Assembly: GCF_009914755.1 (NCBI RefSeq)
Contig: NC_060936.1
DNA from: the human T2T-CHM13v2.0 reference genome, Homo sapiens
Length of the DNA stretch: 64,000 nt
Direction: 5' to 3' (one strand)
The position numbers and the translations under genes are program-made. How positions within the stretch are numbered: the first letter of the stretch is position 1; every line of letters starts with the position of its first letter. Below, piece by piece: positions 40,040-54,699 of this stretch. The notes below the pieces were generated by a model that was given only the letters and a program-made list of their open reading frames with translations, did no database searches and was not told the origin of the DNA.

Positions 40040-40530
40040 AATTGATAAGATTGAGCTTATTCTTGGCAAATTTTGGAATATTTCAAAATGCTCATTTTCC
40101 TCTCCTGCCAGAAGCATAAGGGGATTTTTCTTTAATATTTATATGAGAACCTGGTTGAGTTCCTAAACCAATAGCTCACAAAATCTCACAAAATTGTGAG
40201 GGCTCTCCATGACTGGATACCCCTGGAATTTTCGGCTCTAAGATTTGTCCACACTGAACCTCCAGTAATTCATCAATTATAGTTCAGCTTTTCTTACCCT
40301 GGCATTGGTTCCCACAGTGTTTTCCACTTCTGAGTCTCTACTCTGGTAATTAATTGGTGGCTCCCTGTATTAACCTGTCTACTCTAGGGGTGGAGGGGTG
40401 GGCAGCAGTTTCTCCTATGTCCTCCCCCTTCTTTTGAATCCAAATAAGTTGTTGATTTTTTTTTTGTTGAGTGATTTATTTGTTAGGATGGAGTGGCAAC
40501 TTCCAAACTCCTTACACATGGAAACTTCCT
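40040..40530 (-). mobile_element. Old L1M 5'-end fragment (L1MC/MD-like)
   Basis: ttgtccacactgaacctccagtaattcatcaatta...aagttgttgatttt...gttaggatggagtggcaacttccaaactccttacac. Confidence 0.6.
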
Positions 40531-41338
40531 GGCAGATTTTGTGTCACCACAACTAAACAGGAACAGGAACATGACACAATTAGAGACTGGGACGGATATG
40601 TTATCCTGCATGTTTATCTCGATCAGACGTAAACCTGAATTGGTACAGTCTTTAACGAATATGCAAAAAAGATAGTCATGTTGAAACATGAAGGTAATTA
40701 GAAATATTTTTGCCATTCCTCTAAATAAGTAATTGTCCAGACTAGATTTGCTAAATAAATCCTAACTGTAATCACTCATAAAAATATTTATTGATTGAGC
40801 ACTTTTTTTCTGCTGGCTCCTGGGCCTATTATTAAGATGGAAAGATGAATAAGACCCAATGATGAGGAGTGAGCTAGGATATTGATTCAACCTTCCTGCT
40901 GAGGACACCTAGACTGTCTAAATGAAACATTAAAAAAAATTCTTAATGGCAGCAAAGAGCTAATAAAACAGTTAAGAATGATGAGAACAATATTTGAGGA
41001 GAAAATAATCCAGGAAGTAAACCTGGCATTGGACCCCTTCTTATCATAGAAGTAGTTACCAAATCTGGAAACACTAACTGAAAGATTGAAAAGCTGACAA
41101 GAAATGTTTGATGGATGTGCCAAACGAGTAAGATTAAACACAATGTACATCAGCATTTTCAGGAAATGAAGCATACTTTGAAATGACTTGGTTTATGAAA
41201 TCAGAATGAAGTTTTCCTGGATTGCTAGTTTGTGTAATTACCTGACTGCAGCAATTGTAGAGCACTCTAAAAGAAGACAACACATCAACATCATCCCAGG
41301 ACTCCAAGTATTATGTGTTTGTGCATGTCAGGGGGTGT

Positions 41339-41893
<555 letters not shown>

Positions 41894-43075
41894 TGTAGAC
41901 GCCTGAGATGGTGTGAGGAAGTCCACAGACCCATCTTTCATTGAAGTTTTACTGGTGAAATTAAAAAAGAAACCCAACCATTTACAATTATAGAGATTAT
42001 CTTGAAGGCATACAGTAAATGAAATAGTTACTTAAGAACATGTAATAAATCTCAATATGAGTATTGACAGTCTGTGACACTTGAGCCCAACATGTTCCCT
42101 TCCCCTATCCCCAGTACAGTGTGATAGAAATTCTAATCTGGGTGGCTATAGCTAAGAATACAGGGTTACCTATTCTCTGGCTTAGTATTGTCTTACAGTA
42201 TTCCCCTACAAAGTTTTCATGAAGGAATAGCTTCTCAGTATTTCTTATCCTTTCCAGCTCTGTGTTGCAAAAGCTCTATTCCAGGCAAGAGTGGCTGGGA
42301 ATTGTGGAGCTCTCTTCCTACATCTAGCACCAGTAATAGGATAGAATCTCTACCTCAGGCACAGCAGGCCAAGAGTACTGGGTACTGCATTGCCCTGCCA
42401 TCCACTTGTTCTTGAAATTTAGGTTTCATACTTGAAAAAGAAAAATGAGAAGACCAAAAGGTAATGTATTTTCAGCACCCAGCTCATTAATCAGGCATGC
42501 CTATCTGAGAGAAGTAGGCCACTGTTCATGCCCACAGCTCTGGAGAAATGGCACAGAGGTTTTTTCTAGGAAGAGAGAGCTCCGTAGCTATCCTCAAGGG
42601 TATTGACTTTATTTGTAAAAGAGCATAAGTAAGTTCAAACTTAAGGGTGCTGTTGAAAACAATGGAGGTTTTCTTGTCAAGCAATTAAGAAATGTGCAGT
42701 AGCCTCATGAGAACAAGTTAGCTAACCCATAGACCAACTAGGTATTTCAAAATAAAGTTCATCAAAGGAGATGGCTAAGATGAGCCCTCATGAAGTAACA
42801 AGTTCCAACTCTTGTGGCAAAGACGAACCTAAAGGGACAAACATTAAATTGGAACAGACTCAGGAGCAATTTATGCCCCAAGACATTGTTGAAAACAATA
42901 GAGCAATCGTCTGGTGTTTAGTGGAAGCTAACAGATTGGAATAAAACCAACAGAGACACACAGCTTAATAGAGAAATCTCATAAAGAGACAGTCCAAGAG
43001 GGCAATGATAAAAGTACTGTCATCACAGGGTGACTGTGCGCATGCTCAAGGCTGAGCCCTCTCTCTGAGGAGAGC

Positions 43076-43167
43076 TTTACAATTTTTATATACCACATCT
43101 GACACTCAGTCAAAAGTACAAGCAAATGAGGAGAGAAGATTACATGAATGAAAGGCAAGAAAAACAT
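43076..43167 (+). repeat. Local direct duplicate of 41339-41432
   Basis: Identical 28-mer ttatataccacatctgacactcagtcaa and 24-mer atgaatgaaaggcaagaaaaacat. Confidence 0.95.
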
Positions 43168-43719
43168 CAGAGTCTATACACTGTAGGGCAAATAGACATC
43201 ACTAAAATCATCCACTCACATCACTAAACAAAGAAACAAAAAACTTGGATGGTAGGAGAGGGAAGGATCAGTATCCAATATTGCTACAAAATATTATCTA
43301 AAATGTTCAGTTTTCAAAAGGAATTACAAGACATGCAGAAATAGTAAAGTGTAATGTTTTCACAGAAAAAAAAAAGCAGGCAACAAAAATGCCTCTGAGA
43401 GAATTTAGAGAGAATAGAGATGTGAGCAAAAGACTTTAAAACAGCTGTTATAAACATGTTCACAGAACTAAAGGAAACTATACTTAAAGAAGTAAAAGTA
43501 TGATGACATTATCTCATCAACTAGATTATAATAATAAAGAGGTAAAGTTTATTTTAAAAAGTAGTGAAAATTCTAAAGTTGAAAATTTAAATAAGTAAAA
43601 TGAAAAATTTACTAGAAGTGCTCAACAGATTTGTGATGCTAAAGTTAGTCAACTTGAACAAAGATTGATAGAAATTAAATATTCTGAAGATCAGAAAAAG
43701 AATAAAGAAAATAGAACAC

Positions 43720-44143
<424 letters not shown>

Positions 44144-45495
44144 TCAGAAAATGTATTAAAGAAATAATGTCTGAAAACTCCCCAAATTCAATAAAAATAT
44201 TTATCTGTGCATCCAAGAAGCTTAACAAAATCCAAATAGAATAAACACAGAGACCAACACCCAGACATCTCACATACAAATGTTGAGGAATAAAGACAAA
44301 GAGATAAATTTTAAAAGCAACCAGAGAAAAACAACTCATTATATACAAGAAAACTGTAATAAGTATAACATCAGACTTCTCATCTAAAACAATGGAAAAG
44401 AGAAGCAAGTCAGGTGGTATATTCATAGTGCTAAAAGAAAATAAATACTGTCATCAAGAATCACATATTCAGCAAAATTGCCTTTTAAAAATAAGGATAA
44501 AACTGACATTCCTAGAAAAACAAAAATGATTTTTGTTTGTTTGCCAGCAGGCCGGCCTCATAAGCAATACTAAAAAACTTTCTAGTTTGAAATAAGTAAT
44601 TCTAGAAAGTAATTGAAATCCACATGAAAAAACAAAAACCATCAACAAAAGGAATTATGTACGTAATTATCTAAGACAGTTTAATTACATATTTCTTCTC
44701 TTCTATTATTTAAAAAACAATAGTATAAAACAATGTAAATACAATTGTATACTGTTTCTTTAACATACATAAATGTAATATATTTGACTACAATAGAAAA
44801 AAGGAGGCAGAAGGAGGCAAAGTTTTATTGGAGTAAGGAGATGACAGTAGATAAATCCATAGAAACAAATAAAGAAGAGGTAAATAAAAAGATTATTATA
44901 ATTAACTTTATGAACATAAAGTTGCTCCCCTTTCTCCCAGCTTCTTCAAACAACATACAATTATATAAAGTAACAGTGACAACAAGCTATTTTTTGGCAT
45001 AGCAAATATACAGATATAATATATATAATAATAGCAGCACAATAAAGGGGAAGAAGAGTGATATTTCCTACCTACCCCTCAGCTTAAAATATGATAAATA
45101 AGAAGTAGATCTGGTAAGTCAAGGTATATGTATTATAAGCCCTAGAGTGAACATTAAGAAAATAAGTAAAAAATATAATACAAAATTACTAAAGAAATTT
45201 AAACATTATACCAGAAAATATTCACATAATGCAAAAGAAATCAGTAATGGGAAAGATGGGGAACAAAGTAGATAGACATATCGAAACAAAACAAAATCGA
45301 CATATAGACAAGTATATTAATAATAACATTAATATGAATTAAGTAATCCAATAAAAAGAGACTGTAAGATTAAAGTACAAAATCTGACTATATGTTGTCT
45401 ATAGAGAAACAGGTTGATGATACAAATAGATTGAAAGTAAAAGGATCAAAAAGACTTATCATGCAAAAAAGCAAACATAAGAAACTAAAGTGGCT

Positions 45496-45630
45496 TGGAT
45501 ACCCCATTCTCCATTATCTGCTTACTTCATTTTGCGTAACTGTATCAAAACATCTCATGTATCCCATAAATATATACACCTATTACGTACCCAAATAAAT
45601 TATACATATAATATAAACACATATACACAA
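45496..45630 (+). mobile_element. Short L1MA1/2-like 3' end inserted in host L1 ORF2
   Basis: ggataccccattctccat...gtatcaaaacatctcatgtatcccataaatatatacaccta; flanked by aagtggct on both sides. Confidence 0.75.
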
Positions 45631-47789
45631 GGAAAAGGAAGTGGCTATACTAATTAATCTCTGACAAAATAAGCTTTAAAATAAATAATACACTAGAAAA
45701 AAAGAGATAATTTGTAATGATAAAAGGATCCATCAATCAGGAAAATATGACAATTACAAACATATTTGCACCTAACAAGAGAGTTCCAAAATATATAAAA
45801 CAATAACTGCAAAAATAAAGTAAGAAACCATTTAACAATAGTAATTGAGACTTCAATACCCAGCTTTCTATAATGGATAGAACCACTAGGTAGAAGATAA
45901 ACAAGGAAATAGAAAACTTAAATATTATAAATCCACCAGGCCTAAGAGACATCTGTGGAACACTCCTTCTAACAACAGCTGCAGACACATTCTTCTCAAG
46001 GGTGAATGAAACATTCAACTCAGTAGACCATATGTTAAGTCACTAAACAAGCCTCAATAGGCCCCATGCTTGCTTAAATGCAAAGTGTATTCTCCAACCA
46101 TGATGCAATACATTAAAAAATAAAAAACAAAAAGAAATTTGAGAAATTCTTAAATAAATAAAAATGAAATAACACACCTCTAAATAACCAATGCGTCAAA
46201 CAAAAAAAAATGGAGAGAAAGTTAGAAAATTTCCTTTTTTATGAACAAAAGTGAGAATACAACATACCAAAACTTATGGGATGCAGCTAAAGCAAGATTT
46301 AGATGGAAATTTATTACTGTAAGTGCCTATATAAAAAAGAAAGACCTCATATCAATAGCTTAACTTTCCAAATTAAGACACTGAAAAATTAAGAGCAAAT
46401 GAAACCCCAAATCAGCAGAAGAAAAATAAATAAATATTAAGTGAAAATAAATAAAAAATAAGAAAAAAACAGAAAATTAACATGATCAAAAGTTAGTTGC
46501 CTGGAAACATCAACAAACAACAAATATCTAGATAGATTGACTAGGATGAGAAAAGAGAAGACTCAAATTGCTAAAAGCAGGAATGAAAGAGGAGACATCA
46601 CTACTAATATTACAGAAATAAAAAGAATTATAAGACAATACTATGAACAAGTGTTTAACAAGAAATTAGATATGTAGGGGAAGTGGACAAATTCCTAAGC
46701 ACAAACTACCAAAATTTTCTTTATAATAAACAGAAAATCTGAATAAACCTATTACAAGAGATAAGATCAGTGACCAAAAATCTCCCTAAAAGGAAAACCC
46801 TTGGTTCAAATTGCTTCATTCATGGTTTTTACCAACTTGATTAATACCAATTACTCACAAACTCTTTCAAAAAAATAGAACAGAGATTTTATCAATTCAT
46901 TTTATGAGGCTAGTATTAATCTGGCACCAAAACCAAAGAAAGCTATCCATAAGAAAAGAAAATATCAGACCAGTTCTCCTTATTATTATAGATACAAAAC
47001 TCCTCAAGGAAGCCAAATTCAGTAATACAAACAGAAATATACAGTATAATGAAGTAGGATTTACCCCAGGAAAGCAAGGTTGATTTAACATCCAAATGTC
47101 AATTAATATAAAAAACACCCTATCAATATTATAAAGGACATAAGCCACAAGATAATTTCAATAGATGAAGAAAACACATTTGACCAAATTCAACTTTTCA
47201 TGATAAAAGCACTCAACAAACTAGAAAATTAAGGAAACTTCCTAAACATGTTAAAAGAATTATATGAAAAACCTACAGCCACCATCCTGCTTAATGATGA
47301 GAGACAATGCTTTACTCAAAAGATCAGAAGTAAAAAAGACAAGGATGCTTGTTGCCAATTCTATTCAACATTGTACTGGTGGTACAATCAAGGCAATTAA
47401 GAAAAATAAACAGAATGTGTTTACATCTGAATGGAAGAAATAACACTTTATTTTCAGATGACATGAACCTGGGTATAAAAAAAATTCTAAGAAATTTACA
47501 AAAGATTAGAACCAATTATTAAATTTTGAACTAATAAATTAATTGAGAAATGTTGGAATAGTCAAGGTAAATATCTAAAAATTAAGAAAATTATTTCACT
47601 TATAATAACTTCAGAAAGAATAAAATACTTAGAAATAAAATTGAGAAGTGAGCGATATGAAAACTACAATGTGTTGTTGAAAAAATTAAAAAGACATAAA
47701 TAAATGGAAAGACAAACTATATTTATGTATGGGAAGGCAATATTTTTAAGATGGAGATACTCTTCAAGTTGATCTACAGATTCAACACA

Positions 47790-48015
47790 CTATTGTATAT
47801 TTCAAACTAGCTAGAAGAGAATATTTTAAATGTTTCCAATGCAAAGTAATGATAAATAATTGAGGTGATGAATATCCAAAATACCCTCATTTGATCATTA
47901 CATATTGTACGCATGCATCAAAATATTACATGTATCTATAAATGTATACATTATTATGTATTAATTTAAAATACAATAAATAAATATTAAAAATAATATA
48001 GAAAAAAGAAAGCAA
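47790..48015 (+). mobile_element. Short L1MA 3' UTR end inserted in host L1 ORF2
   Basis: ttgtatatttcaaactagctagaagaga...gaggtgatgaatatcc...ttgatcattacatattgta; A-rich tail. Confidence 0.75.
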
Positions 48016-51000
48016 AACAAAATAAATCCAGGGTTTTTTTCAGAAATTGACAAGAGATACTATAATTAACAAGGAAATGTAAGGGGCCTAGAATGTAAAA
48101 AATGATGTCAAATATGAACAATGAAGACTCATACTTCCTTATTTCAAAATATACTATAAAACTACAGTAATCAAAATAATATGCTAACTGTAATGATAGT
48201 GAGACACACTGATGAAACAGAATTCAAAGTACAGAAATTAATAATTATATTTACAGTTAATTGATTTTTAAAAAATTTTGTGAGTACACAGTAAGTGTAT
48301 TTATTTATGGGGTACGTGAGATATTTTGATAAAGATACACAATGTGTAATAATCACATCAGGGTAAATGGGGTATGTATCACCTTGAACATTTATCGTTT
48401 CTTCTTTTTTTCTTATCCTTCTAATCAATGGGAGGCATTTATCATTTCTTTGTGTTACAAACATTTAAATAATACCTTTTTGGTTATTTAAAAATGTACA
48501 ATTATTATTAACTTTAATCATCCTATTGTGCTATAAATTACTAGATCGTATTCATTCAATCTAATGATATTTTTGTACCCTTTAACCATCCCGACTTCCT
48601 CTACCCCACTACCCTTCCCAGCCTCTGATAACCATCATTCTACCTTCTACCTCCATATGTTTAATTGTTTTAATTTTTAGCTTCCACATGTGAGTGAGAA
48701 CATGTGAAGTTTGTCTTTCTGTGTCTGACTTATTTCACTTTACATAATGTCCTCCAGTTCCAGCTATGTTGCTGCAAATGACAGGTTCTCATTCTTCTTT
48801 ATGGCTGGATAGCACTCCATTTGTATATGTACCACATCTTTATCCATTAGTCTGTTGATGAACACTTGGTTGCTTCTGAATTTTGGCTATTGTAAACAGT
48901 ACTGCAATAAACATAGGAATATAGATATCTCTTCAACATACAGATGTCCTTTCCTTTGGACATATACCTAGCAGTGGAGTTGCTGGTTCATATGGTAGTT
49001 CTATTTTTAGTTTTTTGAGGAATATCCACACTGTTTTCCATAGTGGCTGCACATTTCTACCAAGAGTGTATGAGGATTTCCCTTTGTCCATATCTTTGTC
49101 AGCATTCATTATTGCCAGTCTTTTGGATAAAAGCCATTTTAACTGGAGTAAGATGATATCTCATTGTAGTTTTGATTTGCATTTCTCTAATAATCAATGA
49201 TGGTGAGCACTTTTTAATATACCCCACTTTTTAATATACCCGTTTGCCATTTGTATGTCTTTTTTAAAGAAATGTCTATTAAGATCTTTGGCACATTTGT
49301 TAATCGGTTTATTTGATTTATTTTTCTATTGAGTTGTTTGAGCTCCTTATATATTCTGTCAGTTACTTCCTTGTCAGATGGATAGTTTGCAAATATTTTC
49401 TCCCATTCTGTGGGTTGTCTCATCACTTTGTTGATTCTTTACTTTGCTATGCAGAAAGTTTTTAACTTGATGTGATCCCATTTGTCCATTCTTGCTTCAG
49501 TTTCCTGTGCTCTTGGGGTATGACTCAAGAAATCTTTGCCCAGATTGATTTCCTAGAGAGTTTCCCCAATGCTTTCTTTGTAGTAGTTTCATATTTTCAG
49601 GTTGTAGACTTAAGTCTTAAATCTACTTTGATTTGATTTTTTTATGTGAGAGATAGGGGTGTAGTTTCATTCTTCTGCATATAGATATCCAGTTTTCCCA
49701 GAAAAATTGACTGAAGAGACTTGTCCTTTACCCATTGTATATTCTTGGCAACTTTGTCAAAAATGAGTTCACTGTAGATTTATTTCTGTGTTTTCTATTC
49801 TGCTCCATTGGTCTGTGTGTCTGTTTTTATGCCAGTATCATGCTATTTTGGTTACTACAGCTTTGTAATATAATTTGAAGTCAGATAATGTGATTCCTCC
49901 AGTTTCGTTCTTTTTTCTTGAGATGGTTGTGGCTATTCTGGGTCTTTTGTGGTTCCATATTAATGTTAGGATGATTTTTTTCTATTTCAATGAAACATAT
50001 CATTGGTATTTTGATAGGGATTGCATTGAATCTGTAGATTGCTTTGGGTAATATGAACAATTTAACAATATTGATTTTTCTAACCATTGAACATGGGATA
50101 TCCTTTCATTTTTTGTGTCCTCTGCAATTTCTTTCATCAATGATTTATAGTTTCCACTGTAGCACTCTTTCACTTCTTTGGTGAAATTTATCTGTTGCTG
50201 ATACCTTTTTCAGATTGTTCATTGTTCAAATATAGAAATGTGGCTGATTTTTCTATGTTGATTTTGTATCCTGCAAATTTACTGAATTTGCTTATTAGTT
50301 CTATCAGTTTTCTTGTGGAATCCTTAGGTTCTTTCAAATATAAGATCATATCATCTACAAACAAGATTAATTTGACTTATTTCTTTCCAATCTGGATTCC
50401 CTTTATTTCTGTGTCTTCTCTGATTGCTCTAGCTAGGACTTCCAGTACTATGTTGAATAACAGTGGCGAAAGTGGGCATCCTTGTCATGTTCCAGATCCT
50501 AGAAGAAAGGCTTTTAGTTTTTCCCCTTTCAGTATGATACTAGCTGTAGGTCTGTCATATATGGCTTTTATTGTATTAAGGAATGTTTCTTCTACACCAT
50601 TTTTGAGAGTTTTATCATGAAGGGATGTTGAATTTTATCGAATGCTTTTTTGGCATCAATTGAAGTAATATGGATTTTATTCTTCATTCTGTTGATATGA
50701 TGTATCACATTGATTGATTTGCATATGTTGGAACATCTTTACATCCTTGGGATAAATTACAGTTGGTGATAATGAAAGATCTTTTTAATGTGTGGTTGAA
50801 ATTTGTTTGCTAGTATTTTGTTGAGGATTTTTGCATCAATGTTTATCAGGGATTTTAGACTGTACTTATCCTTTTTAATGTGTCTTTATCTGGTTTTGTT
50901 ATCAGAGTCATACTGACCTAACATAATTAGTTTGGAAATAGTCTCTCCTCATCTGTGTTTTGGAATGGTTTGAGTAGAACTGGTATTAAGTTCTTTTTTA

Positions 51001-51303
51001 AATGTTTGGTAAAATCCAGCAGTGAAGCCATCAGGTCCTGGGCTTTGTTTGCCTGGAGACTTTGAATTATGGCTTCAATTGTTATTGGTCTATCCAGATT
51101 CTGTATTTCTTCATGGTTCAATCTTGGTAGGTTGGATGTGTCAAGGAATTTAACAAATTCTTCTAGGCTTTCAAATTCATTGGCATATAGTTGCTCCTAG
51201 TAGTCTCTAATGATCCCTTGAATTTCTATAGTATCAGTTACAATGTCTCCCTTTTCACCTTTGATTTTATTTATGAGTATTCTCTGGTTTTATCCTTGCA
51301 TGG

Positions 51304-51822
51304 TGTATTAGTCAGGGTTCTCTAGAGGAACAAAACTAATAGTAAAGATGTATATATAAAGGGGAATTTATTAAGGAGTATTGACTCACAGAATCACATG
51401 GTAAAGTTGCACAATATGCCATCTGCAAGCTGAGGAGCAAGGAAGTCAGTCCAAGTCCCAACATCTCAAAAGTAGGAAAGCTGACAGTGCAGACTTCAGA
51501 CTGTGGTCAAAGGCCTGGGAGTCCCAAAGCTGAAGAACCTGGAGTCTGATGTTCAGGGGCAGGAAGCATCCAGCATGGGAGAAAGATGCAGGCAGAAGAC
51601 TAAGACTAAGTTTAGTCCTTCCACATTCCTCTGCCTGCTTTTATCCTAGCTGCACTTGCAGCTGATTAGATAGTGTCCACTCATATTGAGCGTGTGTCTG
51701 CCTCTTCCAGTCCACTGACTCAGATGTTAGTCTCCTTTGGCAACACCCTCACAGACACACCCAAGACCAATACTTTGCATTCTTCAATCCCATCAAGTTG
51801 ACACCCAAAATTAACCATTACA
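51304..51822 (-). mobile_element. MLT2A solo LTR (HERV-L)
   Basis: TG...CA termini; tgtattagtcagggttctctagagg start and caagttgacacccaaaattaaccattaca end match antisense MLT2A; imperfect 5-bp TSD catgg/tctgg. Confidence 0.92.
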
Positions 51823-54699
51823 TCTGGCAAGTGGTTTGTAGATTTTCTTTAACTTTTCAAAAAAACCAAGGTTTTGTTTTATTTATCTTTTTATTGTTTT
51901 CTTTGTTTCAATTTTATTTCTGTTTTCATCTTTATTATTTTTCTTCTAATAATTTTGTATGTGGTTTTCTATTGCTTTTTAAATTCTTTAAGATCCATCA
52001 TTAGGTTGTTTATTTGAAGCTTTTCTACTTTTCAGATGTAGTCACTTATTAGCATAAACTTGCCTCTTAATACTGCTTTTACTCTATCCCATAGGTTCTG
52101 GTGTGTTGGGTTTTCATTTTCATTTATTTCAAGAAATTTTTAAAATTTCTTTTTTTTTCATTCACCCACTGGCCATCCAGCAGCATATTGTTTAATTTAC
52201 ATGTATTTGTATAATCTCTAAAATTCCTGTTATTATTGCTTTCTATTTTTACTCCATATGGTCAGAAAAGATATTTTCCATAATTTCAATTTTTATAAAT
52301 TTTTTAAGACTGATGTTGTGGCCAAATATATGGTCTATCCTTGAGAATGATCCATGTGCTGAGAAGAATAGAAATCTATTAGGACCATTTGGTCTATAGT
52401 GCAGATATGTCAAATGTTTGTTTGTTGACTTTCTGTCTGGGTGATCTGTCCAGTGCTGAAGTGGGGTGTTTAAGTCTCCAGATATTATTGTATTAGGGTC
52501 TATTTTTCTGTTTAGCTCTAATAATATTTTCTTTATATGTCTGGGTCCTCGAGCATTGGGTGCACATATAATTGTTATATCCTTTTGCTGAATTGACCCA
52601 TGTACTATTATATACTGATCTCCATGTTTCTTTTTACAGGTTTTAACTTGAAATCTATTTTTTCTATATAAGTGTTATGTACTCTTGCTTGTTTTTTTGG
52701 TTTTGATTTGCATGGAATAACTTTTTCCATCGTTTTTGTTTTCAGTCTATGTGTGTCTTTATAGGTGAAGTGTGTTTCATATAGGCAACAGATTATTGTG
52801 TTTTGTTTTTCTATCCATTCAGCCACTCTTTGTCTTTTGATTACAGTTCAGTTCATTTAAATTTGATTTTATTATTAATCAGTAGGAACTTATTCCTGCC
52901 ATTTTCTTATTTGTTTTCTGGTCCTCTCTTCCCTTCTTTATTCCTGTCTCCCTTTTTGTGAAGGTAATTTTTTTCCTGCTGGTATGTTTAAATTTCTTGC
53001 TCTTTGTATTTTATGTGTCTGTTGTAGGTTTTCTGATTTGAGGATACCATGAGGCTTGTAGATGCATTGTACGTAATTATTTTCAATTCATGACCACTTA
53101 ACACTGATTGTAAAAGGAAACAGACTAACAAATAAGCAAAGAGAAAACCAATAAAAACTCTACACTTTAACTTCACCTCCCCATTTTTTAACATCTTGTT
53201 GTTAATAGTCATATCTTATTATACTGTCTTAAAAAGTTGTTTTAGTTATTATTTTGATAAATTCATCTTTTAGTCTTTCTCCTCAAAATATAAGAGTTTA
53301 AAACCTACAATTACAATGTTATAATATTCTGTGCTTGTCTGTGTACTTACTATTACAAATAAGTTTTGTACTTTCAGGTGATTTCTTATTGCCTGTTAAT
53401 GTATTTTTCTTCCAAATTGATAAACTTTCTTTAACATTTTTGTAGAACAGTGCTGGTATTGATAATATCCCTTAGCTTCTATAAATCTGGGAAAGTCTTC
53501 ATTTCTCCTCCATGTCTGAAGGACATTTTCACTGGATACACTATTCAAAGATAAAATGTTTTTTCTTCAGCATTTTAAATATATTATTCCACTCTCTCCT
53601 GGCCCATAATGTTTCCACTGAGAAGTCTGTTGCCAGACATATTGAAGTTCTTTTGTATATTGCTTGTTTTTTTCTCTTATTGATTTTAGGATCTTTCTTT
53701 TTCCTTTGACTTTTGGGAGTTTGATTATTAAATGTCTTGTAGTGGTGCTATATGCGTTAAATCTGCTTGGTGATCTATAACCTTCATATATTTGAATATT
53801 CATGTCTTTCTCTAGATTTGGAAAGTTCTCTGTTACTTTCCCTTTGAATAAAGTTTCTACCCCAATATATCTCTCTACGTCCTTTTTAAGGCCAACAACT
53901 CTTAGATTTGACCATTTTGAGGTTATTTTCTACAAGTTGTAGGCATGCTTTATTCCTTTTTTTTTCTTTTATCTCCTCTGTGTATTTTCAAACAGTCTGC
54001 CTTCAAGCTCACTAATTGTTTATTTTGCTTGATCAATACACTGTTGAGAGACTGATGCATTCTTCATTGTGTCAATCAATTTTTTTAGCTCTAGAATTTC
54101 TGCTACATTTTTAAAAATTATTTCAATCTCTGTTAAATTTATCTAGTAGAATTCTGAATTCCTTCTCTCTGTTGCCTTGAATATTACTGATCTTCCTGCA
54201 AGTGTGTCTTTTGAATTATCTGTTTGAAAGATCACTTATCTGTTATTCTGGGATTTATCACTGTTGCCTGAATTTGTTTATTTGGTGAGGTCATATTTTT
54301 CAGATGGTCTTGATGCTTGTGGATGTTCATTAATGTCTGGGTATTCAAGAGTAAGGTATTAATTGTAGTCTTCACAGTCTGGGATTTGCACTCATCTTTC
54401 TTGAAAAAGCTTTCCATGTATCCACAGAAAATTGAGTGTTGTGATCTAAGTCCTTAGTCACTGTAGCTGTATGTACATTAGAGGACACCCCAAGCCCAGT
54501 AAAACTATGACTCTTGAAGGCTTGTAGATGTTCCACCTTGGCGGTCTTGGGTAAGATCTGAGAGAATTCTCTAGGCTACCAGACAGAGACTCTTGTTCTC
54601 TTCCCTTACTTTACCCCAGACAAATGGAATATATGTCTCCATGCTGAGTTGCCTGAAGCTGGGAAAGGATTGACACAAGCCCATCTGTAGCCACCACAA

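Noticed and set aside
49208-49241. Short tandem duplications (also ~8574-8603, ~34752-34774, ~40175-40190)
   Set aside because: Ordinary 10-18 bp slippage duplications with no further structure
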